This document shows, one piece after another, positions 28,374 through 41,613 of a stretch of DNA of 64,000 bases. Under the pieces are notes generated by a model. The model had not been told where the DNA came from. It made no database searches and saw nothing but the letters and a program-made list of their open reading frames with translations. This DNA is from Cystobasidiomycetes sp. EMM_F5. Taxonomy: Eukaryota. The stretch covers positions 1 to 64,000 of the forward strand of contig JBPGPT010000041.1 of the NCBI GenBank assembly GCA_051047955.1, read 5' to 3'. Every line of letters starts with the position of its first letter. Within the stretch, counting starts at the first letter, position 1. The translations under genes and the position numbers were made by a program.

Positions 28374-30517
28374 ATGATGAGTCCAGCCAGCTCTGGCTAC
28401 CTATATCCTGGCTGACTTGTACTGTTGGATTGCTGCACGGCAAAGGAACCGACAAGGTAGTTATTCCGGCGCAGCCGTACGGTGCGATGCGATGCGCTGA
28501 CCATTCATTATCCCAGCTATACGTGACTGTGACCGAACATGCACTCGGCTCGCACACGGCCAATCTATCAGGCGCCAAAGGCAAGAAGTCGGCATCATCG
28601 TTTCAAAGGGTTCGTCGAAAGCAGAGGTGGTTCAGATCAAGCTGAGCCTTTTAGCAGCTGCCATTCGACTGCTGCGCGCTGTCTCTGCGCCCATTCGAAG
28701 ACCTCCCAGTATGCACAAGGGATGGGACCGTTTATGACCTTACGAATGTACGTTGTTGTTGGATTTACGGCCACGATGCCGAGAGTATACTAACAACACT
28801 TTGCCGGTCGGTTCTTATGTCTGCAGATTATGCCGTGGATCCGCAAACATGGTACTGATCCCGTAACTGGCAAGAAGCTGGCCTCTGGGGACCTCATCAA
28901 GCTAAACTTTTTCAAGAATGCCCAAGATAACTACTACGACCCCGTTTCATACAAAGTCTTCAACGAGCATACAGCCATAGTGGCCATCACGACTAGCGGT
29001 AATGTCTTCAGCAAGGATACCGTGGACAGCTTGAACATCAAGCCTGGAGTATGGCGCGACTTAGTCGATGATACAGAATTCGGGCGAAAAGACATCATAA
29101 TACTGCAGGTATGTAGGGCAAGTGGGATTGTCTGAGAGAAGCTGTACTGAAACCGCAAGTAGGACCCTCACAATCTGGAGAAGCGAGATTTATCCCAGTT
29201 TGATTACATCAAGAAAGACCTGAAAGGCGACGTGGATGAAGCTACGAAGGATCCGCTCAACAACGTCAATCTGGCTGCCATGGGCGGTGCCAGCAAAGTT
29301 TTGACTCAAATGCAACAGAAGAAAGCGAACGCGGCGGTGAGTCAGCATTAGCGGAACGCGATACGCGACTAAATATCGGTACCGCTAGCAGCCAACGAAA
29401 GCAGAGACGACCGATCCCCAAAGAGCAAATGTTGTCGACGTGAAGAAGGAAGCTCGAGCAAACAGTGCTCAGACTCCGTACAACGCCGCAGCCTTCTCGA
29501 CAGGCAAGGCTTCCGCATCGTTGACTAGTACAAGCGCAGATTTGTCAACGAAAAGCGACAGAGCGCTCATCGACGAGGAAGAGTGGATGTTTGAGCGGAT
29601 ATTGCCTGGCGAAAAAGGTTACGTGGCGATAAAGACCAATTTCGGCACCCTAAATCTTGAGCTCTTCTGCGACAAGGTCAGCACAATGCCCATCAATACA
29701 TGCAAGGCTGACAATAGCACTCTCTAAGGCGCCAAAGACTTGTTATAACTTCTTGATGCTATCTAGGCAAGGAAAATACGATAACACGCCGTTTCATCGG
29801 CATATTCCAGGCTTCATGATTCAAGGCGGTGATCCAACTGGGACAGGAAGCGGTGGGGAGTCATATTGGGGCTCCGACTTCCGCGACGAACATTCTCTGC
29901 GTAATGCGTACAAGCATGATGCGCGAGGCCTGCTTAGCATGGCAAACCGAGGCGCAAATACCAACTCGTCGCAGTTCTTCTTCACATTCCGACCTGTGCC
30001 GCATTTGAACGGGAAGCATACTGTATTCGGAAAGATCGTTGGCGGTGAAGATGTCTTGACCAAAATCGAAGCTGTGCCACCCAATCCAGCTACGGATCGC
30101 CCGACAAAGGCTATCAAGATCATGGACGTGTCCATATACAAAGATCCATTCGAGGAGTTTAAGACGAAGTTGCAAAAGCGCTTGCTGCGAGAGCAGGAAG
30201 GTAGAGATTCTGCAGGCGCCAAAGCCTTGGCGAAAGAAGAAAGAGACAAGGATCGTACAACGTAAGCACCTGCGTCTATCTTAATTAGAATATTCATCTG
30301 ACTTCTAAGACATAGTTGGTTTGGCACACAATTGGGCGAGAAAGGTTCTTCAGGCAAGCGCCAACTAGACGCTGGAGGCGTTGGCAAATACATGAATGCC
30401 GGCGATGTGCAAAGCCCTGCTGCAACTTCCTTAATTGACGAGTACTCAGCAGAGACGGGGCCGACGAAAAAAGTCAAGCGACAAGGTGGCGGGTTTGGCA
30501 GTTTTGAAGGGTGGTAG
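28374..30517 (+). CDS. PPIL2: Peptidyl-prolyl cis-trans isomerase-like 2 (U-box plus cyclophilin)
   Basis: M|GKGTDK|LYVT, CALSLRPFEDLP, PWIRKHGTDPVTG, TNFGTLNLEL, FHRHIPGFMIQGGDPTGTGSGGES, LSMANRGANTNSSQFF, HTVFGK; ends FGSFEGW*. Confidence 0.95.
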
Positions 30518-30740
30518 GATAAGCAGACAAGATGTGTAAGGTCAGAGTTATAACAGATCACTGAGTTGTTGTTGTATTATAGTAGCCTAGGTTGCATCTG
30601 CCATCGAGCGCCTGTGCCAACATAATTGTTATCAAAGAATGTGTAATTGTCGAACTAGGATGATTAACAACCCTTTCCAATACGATCCACCAACCGTGCT
30701 GTATCCGTGTTGTGATACACATCGCCCCTTGCAGCTACCA

Positions 30741-31621
30741 TTAGTGCATAGCAGGACGAATGGCTGTCTTGGCGAGTTGTAATCTCAAGCGAAGCCGTTG
30801 ACGATCGTCTTCAATTTTCAATAACTCATGGCTACCCGAATCTGTATCTCTGAGGCCAGGAGGATGCGCAGCGCAAAAGGCAGAGAAGTCCTCGCTGGCT
30901 TTCCTATATGCCAAGTTGAGCTTCTCATGCTGGTTTCGCATCAGCTTGGGGTTGTAAGGAGAGTCTACGAATGAAACATGTAAGCTAAACGTATCAGGTG
31001 GATCACAATAGTTGATGGGGGGCTTACGGCTATATCTAACATCAAGCGACGAGCCTTGTGGGTCTTGTAATCAGCCAGCGTTAGATGCTGTTACGGCAGC
31101 TGAACTCACTGCTGGAGTGCTGTTTGCGGATGCTAGACCCGATGCTGCTCGTCGAGCGTGCTGGCGACAGTGGCGATGAAGGAAAGGGCAGTGAAGCAGT
31201 AGACGATGAACAAGGAGACATGGCGGGAGGTGACAAGAACAGCTCCTCTTCAGCTTCCTCTGTTGGCGTATCATCTGCGGTTCAGATTCAACACGAGATC
31301 TCGGTGTAATTGAAGAATGTTTTCAATAATGACTATTACGCACCCGGATCAATTGTGTCTGTTTTTGAAAAAGACGGCAGAGTGCCACCGAATGAGAGAG
31401 ACGGCATGTGAAAGGATCCGAAGAGGGATGTGCCAAGACTACTACCGAAAAGCGTCTCTGACATGCCTGTTCAGTCCAGAAACCCGAATGTCAGCAATGT
31501 AAAGATATACATACAAGCTGTACGACATACCGCGTCGGTGCTGAGCGGGCGATGGTCCGACGGGTAAGACAGGATCGCACTGCTGCATGGCAGCATCAAA
31601 GCTTGCATTTGAGGACTGCAT
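30741..31621 (-). CDS. Hypothetical Ser/Pro-rich protein of ~210 aa, 5 exons
   Basis: In-phase GT-AG assembly: MQSSNASFDAAMQQ...|GMSETLFGSS...|DDTPTEEAEEELFLSPP...|NPQGSSLDVRYS|HSPYNPKLMRNQHEKL...IRPAMH*. Confidence 0.55.
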
Positions 31622-31941
31622 ACTAGACGAAGATCGTAGAGGGTGTTGTAAGTATCGTGTTCCAGGGCAGGAGGGTTATTGTCGCGCGGCAGAAGCAGAA
31701 GCAGGACAGGAACCACGGTCTCGGATGTTGCAGACAAGACGCAGAGGGAGTGTGATATGGACAGCTGTCAAATGGCCACGGCGATAGATCAGGGCCTGTT
31801 CGACATTTTTGCTGAATGAGTGCACTGCAAGCTCATATGACCCGCTCACAATGGTCCGCCGGCCGGCATCCGCTGTACTGGCATGCGAAGTGAAATCTGG
31901 TGCGAAGACAGTGCGATGACTGCTCGTGCTGCTCGTGTTGC

Positions 31942-32568
31942 CGGAGCAAGCACGAAGCAAGCTACTCGCAAACAAAGTATCGATTTTCCGCGGAGAACGA
32001 GCTCACATCGCTCTCTATGTTATTTCCGGCAGTCATCCATAGAAGATACGAGGCGGCCTTCAGGTGATGCAATGCCGTCTTGACAGCCGGAGCACGCACG
32101 AGGCAGGCTATTCACGGTCAAAGTATCCCCAGAATGTGATGAAAACGCTCGCGCTACCCATTATGTAATTCTGCTGAGTCTTCTTGGGCGTCTCTCCGTT
32201 GTTCTTTCGGAGATTTGGGGAGATCTGACAGGTAAGATACTCTGGACTGTTCGAGAGGTGAAGGAGTTAAGATCTGCGGATATGATAGGCTTTGCACATC
32301 TTATACACTCTTGTTTGTGTGGGGCCCAGTCTGACACAGCGTAGTTCGCATTGATTTCTCCGCAGAAGTTCGTCTGTAAAATCAAAAATGATCCGTCTAC
32401 CAGGGCGGTCAGGCAGACCCAGTGTAACATAGACCAGCAAGCAGATGGAATACCGGAATTGGTTGATTAGTCGAAATGGGAGTCAGCCAACAACCACGCC
32501 TGTTCACATGCTCAGGTTTTGGACGGATAATACAAGTATGCGTTGAGCAGGCAGCATGGTGCGCGGAG
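31942..32568 (-). repeat. ~630-bp duplicated segment, inverted copy B (contains a degenerate tRNA exon 1)
   Basis: Reverse complement of 25390-26021. It reads GATACTTTGTTT|GCGAGT where copy A has GATACTTTGGCC|GTGAGT, and no downstream tRNA exons are seen. Confidence 0.9.
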
Positions 32569-32798
32569 GAGTGTGACTTCAGACAAGTAAGGGTGTTAAT
32601 AGTGACTGCAGAATTGTTACGACAGCCTTTTCGATACGATAATCAGCTTGAACGAAATGGGAAGCTGACGGCGACCGCTTGAGACCCTTCGCATTTCGAA
32701 TCTCAGCCAGCATCTTGACCTGCTTGGCCATTTACAGGCAACTCCACGCTCTGCTTCCTGCTGCTGAAGCTGCGACGGCTTGTCGAACCTTTGAAGTG

Positions 32799-33731
32799 AT
32801 GCTCACATCCATGCTGCTCAAGACGTTGGCTGCTGTTCTGGTATTGGGCGCCGTCGAATCGCTCGCTGCCGAGCTGAGAGGCTCATTGGCTGCCAACGAG
32901 GCAATATCTCGTGAGTCTCAGCCTGTTTTACTCTGAGTTTGCGTTGGATTGAGCAATGTCGGCTGCAGATGCGTTCTTACCGCTGGCTCCGGATTCTGCT
33001 GTTGTATTGAACGGAGGTACATCTGGAAGCGCATTGATAACGATAAACGGGACATTCCGTCTGTAAGGTTGCGGCGGCTGATTCAGGTTGGCGACGCTGA
33101 TCTTAACTTTGATGCGCCAGACGAGATGTTGCCCCCGGAGACTACGTCTTGACCGTGCTCGACAGAGACTACACCTTTCCCACAGTAAGAGACACTGAAA
33201 CATATGCGGTATCGTCAACTAACGCACATTGCAGCTCGCTGTGCACATACCCACAGCCGAGGCAAATGGGGAACCAGAAATGCGGCCTCACACGATGGGC
33301 CGACGACCAACCGACAAATCGCTCATTCAGACTTTGCCGTATCCTCTCGTATTACGACCTCTCAACAAGAAGCAATATTACGAAGAGGCTCGGGTATTCA
33401 GCCCCATCGACATGCTAAAGCAGAACAAGATGATTCTGATGATGGTAGCAGCCGCAGTCTTCGCCTTCGGCATGCCGAAACTGCTAGTCAGTCCGGTTAT
33501 CTTTGCTGCGTTCCGGCACTGATTCTAAATCATCGTTGTCAGGCTATGATTGACCCGGAAGCTTTGAAAGAAGTCCAGGCGAATCAAGCCGAAATGCACA
33601 AGAATCTGCAAAATGTCCAAAATCTAGAGTTTTCTGGCGGATCGCTGGGCAAGTTACTGGCAGGCAGTACTGAGAAGGCCTCAGCACCTACATCGCCGGG
33701 AGGGCCTCAACGCAGACGGAAAGCAGCATGA
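32799..33731 (+). CDS. EMC7: ER membrane protein complex subunit 7
   Basis: Signal peptide, DUF2012-like beta region (YVLTVLDRDYTFP), LPYPLVLRPLNKKQYYEEAR...MLKQNKMILMMV TM segment, MIDPEALKE. Confidence 0.75.
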
Positions 33732-33825
33732 GCAGTGTTGGAGCATCGCAGGGGCGCTTTATACAGCAAGATATGCTAGCCACTCGCGTTCAGATGTAAG
33801 GTTGCAGCAATCTCTAGCGATTCCT

Positions 33826-34283
33826 TTATGCTGACGACAGGGCCTCGTAGTGCGAGTCGTACGTTTCTCCAACTTTCTCGGCACCGCTCACGATCACGAA
33901 GACAGCAGCTTCGGCCTGTTCGTCCTCTTTGTCATCCTGTGGCAGAGATGTGTATTCATCAAGGACGATCGACCTGTGACGGAATCTGTTGATGCGGTCC
34001 ACGGCACTGTCCACGATCGATAGACATATTGCCAAACATACGTGGCCTAGCAGCGAGAGAATGGTGCTGTAGGAGCATATTAAGGTAAGCTATGCATGAG
34101 TGAGACTGGGCGGAACCTAACGACGTACGCCCATATGGCCAGGACTGCAAAGCGGAACCAGAGTGGAGACTCGGTGGCTACATCAACCACGCTAGCCGCC
34201 GAAGAGGCTTGAGATGCAGCTGAAGCAACGGCATGGACTATAGCAGCTGTTGTGCCATGGCAGTGATGATGGACCGGTGCCAT
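33826..34283 (-). CDS. Small hypothetical membrane protein
   Basis: MAPVHHHCHG...PLWFRFAVLAIWA|ILSLLGHVCLAICLSIVDS...YEALSSA*; one GT-AG intron. Confidence 0.5.
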
Positions 34284-34531
34284 AGTCGAAGGTCTTGATA
34301 AATCAGCAATACTGCAGCGAATCGTGCGAAGTTGTCTGGCAAGCAACAGCCGAGCGTCAGGCAGTCTCTCTCTCTATATATTTCCCTTTGCCGGCATATC
34401 GGATCACAGCCGTGCGCAGATCGTAAAAAAGGAAATTGCCAAAGCGATCTATCCTTTTTGCGACTTGGCTACAGGCCGGCTGTCTGCCAAATTGCGGGAA
34501 TATCTAATAAGGAAGTTAAGACTAACTTCGT

Positions 34532-37035
34532 TCAGACATATCTATCTATTATCTGGGATACGATGTCCGGCTTCCGCAGATTATTGCTGACTTTGTCAAT
34601 TTCGTCATATCGAAAGGGTTGATCTGACATGAAGGACAATGTAGCCATTGAATTTGCACAAGATTGGTGTACAGAGTCGGATGTATTGGTGTCCAGCGGA
34701 TCGTGCCGAAAAGCGGTGTTCGCGACAGGCCCACTTTGAGAGATGTGCTTCAGGGATGGTGCTCTGACAAGCTTTGCCGAAGCGCGATTGACAGATGTCG
34801 CTCGCGTAATCTTGGTATAGCGGAGACTCGCATTGTCAGAAGGTTCGATATGCACGTTGCCTTGACTATGGGTGTAATAGTCATCTCCGCTGGCTGCATT
34901 TAGAAACCTGCAACAAGTATCGTCAGTATAGTCGTACATATATGCACGACATATCGTCATACGATGTGACATCGAAGCCCCTGCCAACTTGATGGACCAC
35001 GTCACTCCCGTTTGGTGTGCTTTGACTTTGCCAACTGTCTGTAGGGTGATACAATGCCGGCGGTCGTGGTAGTTGTAATGCAAGCGAGCATGCCTCCTCT
35101 GCGTCCTCGCCTTGTTTGCACTGTCCTGATGCTCGAATGGGAGGCTTCGGAAAGAATGACAGCGAAAGAGCACTCAACACCGACGAGCCACGTGCAGTAT
35201 CAATTGGATTCGATGATTGAATACTAAGCCCGCGAAGATTCCGCAGAGCATCTGTTGCCTTGGTTTCTACGCCTACGGGCGTAGTCATGCAGAACCCGGA
35301 CGGGTGACAGGGAAGATCCTCTTCAGGACTTGGCAGGACTATCGAGACTAGACGCGGTACAGCCTTTCTCGAGATCTTTCGAGTCAACTCTGGTGCCTGT
35401 ACGTGCTTCAAGTTGTTCAGGTCAGGCGTGGTCTGCATTGGCTTCGTTATAAGGTTTTGTTTCTCTTTTGTGACAGGCGGATGTATCAAGGCCTTTTCCA
35501 CATCTCCTTGTCCGCGTTCATCAGGCGGACTTGTATCCATATCCAGGTATGAAACGTCCTTTGGAACCGACTCTTCTTCAGGCAGAAGCCAGGACGGCAC
35601 ATTGCTCCCATGACGAATGACTGGGCCAACAGTAAGACTTTCTCGATGCGGTAGACGCACAGAAAGTGTTGAGACTGGCGAAGTTGCCGGAAGTTGTAGC
35701 GTACCATCTAATGGCCCTCTGTTCTGACCCGTCACGCCTATGTAAGCTGATTTGGGGGGTAGGCCCGGCGGCTCCGATGTTCTGCCGAAGAATGTGTCTG
35801 ACTTGTCGAATACAAGCGGTGCAGATCGCGGATACGACGGCGTTCCCCGATACGTGAAGCATAGTAAATCTACCAAAAATATGTACGATACGATCGCGTT
35901 CAGTAAAGCAGCGAACGGAGTCATGGGAAATGCATGAATGACGAAACCTGTGACGCGGATACTGGTTGCTAGGAGAAGTCCAAATATCAATGGACCCTCG
36001 AAAAGAAGGGTGGAACAATTGTGTATGTAGGCGATTTTCAATCCAACAATGGCCAGCATTGTTAACTGGTCGACGACTGTTTAGCTTCTGCTGCAGTGAA
36101 CACAGAGGGGTGCGACTCTCACTAGAGTGATGAATTGCAGAGCATTGTCTGCTAGAAAAAGGCGTTTGAAAACAGTAGCTTGGACGGTGAACATGTCACG
36201 CCACGCTGCACCCAAGGCGACCGCTGCTGCCTAAGTTTCGCATCAGCGCCGTGTCGATCAGTTTAGACCTTGATGCAGATAATTTACATAAGAGAGCCAG
36301 ATGTACGCCCTGCGATATTGATGTGTCACAGTTGCACTAAGTATGGCGTCAGAAGGTGAGATGCAGAAGCATACCGGAAAATTGGGCGACCTTGCAGACC
36401 CAGTGCCCAGCTGTTCCATAGCCAGTGACTATTGACTTCTGCTAATCGTTCCAAGGATCTACATTGACCACTCTATGTCGAACTTTCAGCTAAGCCTTCC
36501 GTCTAGACATTGCCAACTCTTACCCTTGATACGCGCATGTTTGCGTATAGAAGCTGGCCAGCAATTGACAGAGAAGCCAGAATCTCAGACAAGACGGCTT
36601 CGAATCTACAGTCGAGATCAGCAATTTGAAAAAAGGACATTGACGCAGACGGCAGCGCTTGATCGTGCCTACCGATGTCCGTTGCTCTCGGCCACGACTG
36701 TGACACCTTCTTGAGAAACCAGCCTGATCAGATCGAAGAAGCCGGAGGCGAAAGCCAGACCAGCTGACATTGTGAGAACGGCACCGTCTCTGGCGAATCT
36801 ACATTATTACCATTTACAGGAGATTAACAAAGCTAGCTAACCTGGAGCTGTCACATGTCGCAGAATCAGCTGGCAGCAGCACACCATGGGAGTACACTAC
36901 TCACAACTTGGAAGTCGCCAGTAGCAACATCGCGGACGCCATGCCCAGTACCCCGATACTGATTCCAGGTATGACGCTTAGAATAGATTGCACTTCGGCC
37001 GCACTCGACCAGACCAGCGCTGATGGCCATGCCAT
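34532..37035 (-). CDS. Hypothetical multi-TM protein with a disordered C-terminus (multi-exon)
   Basis: Hydrophobic exons (ILSVIPGISIGVLGMASAMLLL; LAIVGLKIAY...LIFGLLLA...LLNAIVSYIFLVDLL) followed by Pro/Ser-rich ORFs 34923-36059 and 34532-34900. Ends are approximate. Confidence 0.55.
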
Positions 37036-37589
37036 CTGCTTCGAGGCGTCGTTGAATGATATGTTTTCAGTACCATAAGACGAATCAAGCCCGGCGCATT
37101 GCCCTTGTCAGTCGTGCACCGACGAGCCCAGCCGTTTGAGAGATACTATCGACAGTGGACCGCTGACAGACACTCAGTGGGGCGTCGCAGAGTATACCAG
37201 CATACTCAGTTGGTAAAGTGAGAACCTCTCAAGCGCGATAGCATGTCGGAAGCGATATCTTGGAGACGCGGGCAGTGTGCATGGTCGTCAAGGACGCCCT
37301 GGTGATGATATAGACTTTGAAGACCGTTGTCTACTCGTAGTGTGATAGGAGGTGCAAGCACCAGCATTTGGTAAATGTAAATGCGAATAGATGGCTACGA
37401 GTATAGACGGGTCATCCTCACAAGCAAAAACCACTGTAGAGATCCGCTCCACGCCTGAGTATACCGCGCACCGCGGAGCATGTCAGTATGTCAACTGTAA
37501 ATCTGCACTGAGTACTCGTGGCAGAACATCCACACACGCCGTCAGCTGCATTGATACTTCGTCAGTTTGATTTCAAGCGACTGCACAAA

Positions 37590-38306
37590 ATGGCTCCGAC
37601 TTCGACGCCGCGGCAGCTGCCCAACATTGTCATCACTGGCACGCCTGGCACTGGAAAGTCATCGCACGCCGAAGCCTTCAAGGGAGCTTGCTCATTCGAA
37701 TTCGAAATCTTGAACGTCGGCGATATCGTCAAGGAGAAGGGATGTCACGATGGCTGGAACGAGGAGTGGCAGAGCTACGATGTCGACGAGGACAGGGTCA
37801 GTATGCAACTATTCGCGCTGCAAGGCGCATTCGGTGTCAATCTGACAATGTTGCCGTTACTTGCGTTCACAAATTTCGCCGTCGACAGCTCTTGGACGAA
37901 ATGGAAACCGAGGTGGATGCAGGCGGCAAGATTATAGACTGGCACAGCTGCGAGATCTTTCCGGAAAGGTGGATTGACTTGGTCATCGTCCTCCGTTGCG
38001 ACCACACTAAGCTCTGGGAACGACTCGAGAAAAGGTGGGGCTTGCATTGACCGAGTTTGCGAGAAATACTAACAGGCATGATATATGCAATGGAATTACA
38101 GAGGATATGCGCTCAAGAAGATTCAAGAAAATAACGAGGCCGAAATTATGCAGGTCGTGCTGGAAGAAGCACGCTCTAGCTACGCCGAGGAGATTGTGGT
38201 CGAATTGCAAAGCGAATCACCCGATGACATGGAAAGCAATGTCGACCGTATGCTTCAATGGGTCACAAATTGGAGGAAGGAGCGAAATTTACCAGAAAAG
38301 CCCTAA
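37590..38306 (+). CDS. FAP7: Adenylate kinase isoenzyme 6 / Fap7
   Basis: PNIVITGTPGTGKS, IIDWHSCEIFPERWIDLVIVLR and KIQENNEAEIMQV. Confidence 0.95.
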
Positions 38307-38761
38307 TTTTGGACGCACAGTTGCGATGTGACCTTATAAGTGTCATTCGCCAGACGCTTACTGCACACTACAGCCGTCGCCGCCTCAACGCACCACTCAG
38401 CAGCCAGTATTGTGCGCGCAGCAAAAGCGCATCGAGCGACATTGTCAACCTTCGCTTAAAGGGTTCACACAGCTATATGATCGCACAGCGCAATGCAGAC
38501 GCAACCACGAGATCGACTCTTTCAGTCTTGGTCATAGTATGCTCCATTTGGACCTCTAAGCCCGGACCCGGGAATAGCCAACCCCGCAAACGAGCGGACT
38601 GCTGTCGGTACCAATGCCTATGGACGCAGGAAGATACGGTCTCCTACTATGAGTTCGGAAAAGTGCTACCGTACATACAATGTGCGGGATGAGCCGCCTG
38701 TACGCCGGTAACAGCATATTAATCACGTCGGCGTGACTTTGATGTGGGAGACAAGATCCCT

Positions 38762-41613
38762 TCACAAGAGATGGTATGCGTTGGACAGAGCATGCTCTTT
38801 AATGTATTCTCCACCCTTCTCTTGATAGTCTGCCAACGTCACTATTGTAGCGCGAAATTCGCTCGTCTTGGCAAATTTCGTCATGCCTCGCCATGCATCT
38901 AGTTGTGGATCGCTCGCTCTGACAATTTGCAGTGGCGATCCGACTGGCAGCACCGAAGTCATGTCGCGCTTCAAGCGGGCGTCTAGTTGCGGTATCTTGG
39001 AGTAGCCACCTGTCAGGAAGACGTTCTGTTGCGAAGCGTTAGATTCTGCATATCGACGATCGAAAAGCACCTACGTTTGTCAAGCGATTGCGCTCGGCGG
39101 TACTGAAGGACTTGAGAATATGCTCGATTACCTCCAGGAGACCTGCTGAATCGATCCCGGCAAGGCTCGGTTGGAATGTCACTTCTGGTACCCGGATTCG
39201 TTCAACATTGAGGTGAAGCTGTGCTGCTTGTTCTGGATTGCTCTGATCGAAGGAGTCAAGCGGGTCTTGCGGAGCCATACCTCGCACGAAAGCATTGAGC
39301 AAGCGTTGTTTGGCCATCGCTCGCCGCGATGCAGTGCTGTTGATGGTGAAGTCCGGATCGTGTTTCAGCAATGTCGCCTCGATTTTCTGCAACTGTGCCT
39401 GCTCTTCTTCCTCGACTTCCGAGTCTTCTCCGCCCTAAATTGACTCTGTGAGCGTTGCCCAGTCATCGCAACGAAATGAAGACCCTCACGATTTCCCGAT
39501 ATACTGCCCAGTCGTCATCATCGGCTCCGAATGTGTCTTCCGTCTCTCCCTTCTTCCGCTTCTTTTTAGTCGGCGGTCCTTCGCCAGCCATGTTTGTAAT
39601 GGTCTTCATGCGTTGTTGTGCAGCCAGACTCTTGCGGTCACCTAGCTGATTCTTGACTTCTTTGCGCATCTTGGCCCTCTCGATGGTCTCTTCGTGCATT
39701 GAACGCTTAACAGCTAGCCAGTCTTCAAAATTCTTCTCGCGATGTTCGTCGTCCAATCGTTGAGCTTCGGCCTACAATTCGGTCTGGTAAGCTCTGCGCG
39801 ACGTTCGGGTATTTGGTACTCACGTCGCGAGCCTTTGCTGCATCGCGTTCAGCTTTCATTCGCATTCGCGCGTCATAACCCGCTTTATTGAGTTTCTGCC
39901 GCCGTTTCTCCTTGATCTCCGCTTCGGTGAGCTGATGATCCGGAATGTCGACTAGCGGGAATGACGGGATTTCCTGCGAGATCAATTCGTCAGCACGTGA
40001 AACAAAGACCTATTGCGTTTGAAGATCTACCTTGTCTTCTTCGTCTTCGACACCCATGTCCTTATTCCGTGCTCGTCTGATGGACTTCTCAAGCTTTGAT
40101 ATCGTCTCCTCCATTTCCGACTCGCTGGTGAAACCAACGAATTGTACACGTTTCTGTGTAATCAGTCGGAAATCTTAGCAATTGCGTTTCAAGTGTGTTC
40201 ATGTATTGAAGAGGGCAGCACGTACAATGTAGTCCGCCTTCTTGTCAGTCGCCTTGAACTCTCGAATAGTAAGAAAGGAAGCCAGATCCGCTTCCTTTTG
40301 TAACAGCTGTAGACAAGGAAGTTCAGAATACACGCTTCTAGATCGAGCATTGGGGCACCACCGACCTTCTCTTGTCGATTCGCTTGAGCCTGAGCTTGCA
40401 GTCGCCTGCCTTGTTCTCTCTTTTTCTCCTGCATCCGCAACACGGCATCCTCCGGCGTCACATAGTTCTCTGCAGCCACAAAGGGGAACTGGATGATACG
40501 ACCCATATCGGCTAGTTTGGAAGGATCCGCCGCGTTCCGAATATCCTCGTTGTAGTCGAGAGAATAGTAGCATTGGTCCCGTAACAAGGCCTGAAAGTTT
40601 ATTAGACATTTTACACAAATGTACGAGTGTGTACTTACCGTTGCTTGCGATATCGTCACTCTTGTCGGAAAATTAGGGTACTTCAACTGGACCAGCTTGA
40701 GCAGATAGTCTGATGCTTGAGATCCGCCCCACATGATCCTACAAAAGAGTCACTTCGGTGTAAAGGCTCGGGATTCTATACTACACACCTCTTCGAGTTT
40801 GCTAGTATGCCCTTGCCGTTGAGGACTGGGATGACGTGCGTGGAAACGGTAGAGCTGGACACAATCAAGCCGTCCTGCTGCCCAGACTGATAGAAGCTCG
40901 CCAGCGAGTCTACAAGATAATTGACAGACGGGACACGGTATCCTTCGAACAGAAGCTCCGACATCACTGTCCAAATGAACTCAGTTGCTGCAGGTCTTCT
41001 GACAAAATCGTTGGATGACCCACTGCTTCTGCAGTAAAGGGGATTTCCCAGTGTCTCTGTCATTGCTATCGGATGAGGTATACCTGTGTCGTCATTGATG
41101 CCCAGCTTGACGAAAACAAAGTCAAGAAGGTGCTCCTGTCAATTTAACACGGTTGTTGGCTTTGCGTTTAAGTGACAGCCAGAACGCCGACTCGCCATCG
41201 TATCCATATTCACGACCGTATCGCCTTCAAACGGAGTCTTTGCACTGACTCTAGAGTTGTGCTCGAGATATGCCGACGAACCTGCCAACAGGATAGGTTT
41301 CCCTTGCCGCCGGTCTCGATACCTGCTCACGACGCTTTCGCAGGCTATCCGGGGCGCCGTCTCGTTTCCCCAGCCAGCACGCATCCACGTAACGCCTGCA
41401 TATCTTTCCCGTCAGCTTTACTGGTCGTTTGTTGGCCGTCGTTTGCTGCCTCGATCAAGGGCCAGACGGACCATTGTCCAGGACGATGGGCGTGTCAGCA
41501 CCGCGATAAGCCTGCTCATAGTCGGTCGAGAGCTGCGGTTCGTAGGACACATATTCATTCACGTAGTGGACAGCTTTCGGACGCGATGGACCAGCCTCGG
41601 CGTTCATGTTCAT
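38762..41613 (-). CDS. ARP5: Actin-related protein 5 (INO80 subunit)
   Basis: PIVLDNG, RAGW, MSELLFEGY, WGGSQASDYLLKLVQLKYP, EIKEKRRQKL, DTFGADDDDWAVYR, LNVERIRVPE and NVFLTGG. Confidence 0.95.

Noticed and set aside
28403..28438. ATATCCTG as a U12-type AT-AC donor in PPIL2
   Set aside because: It would give a 36-nt intron and an out-of-frame junction; the ATGAGT donor at 28377 restores the frame.
29821..30561. 246-aa minus-strand ORF
   Set aside because: Antisense to the PPIL2 cyclophilin domain.
34500..34545. Possible AT-AG terminal intron in the multi-TM gene
   Set aside because: Only ~38 nt, with no homology constraint; an in-frame stop explains the end equally well.
37201..37225. ACTCAGTTGGTAAAGT as a tRNA D arm
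   Set aside because: No matching anticodon or T-arm blocks could be assembled, with or without introns.
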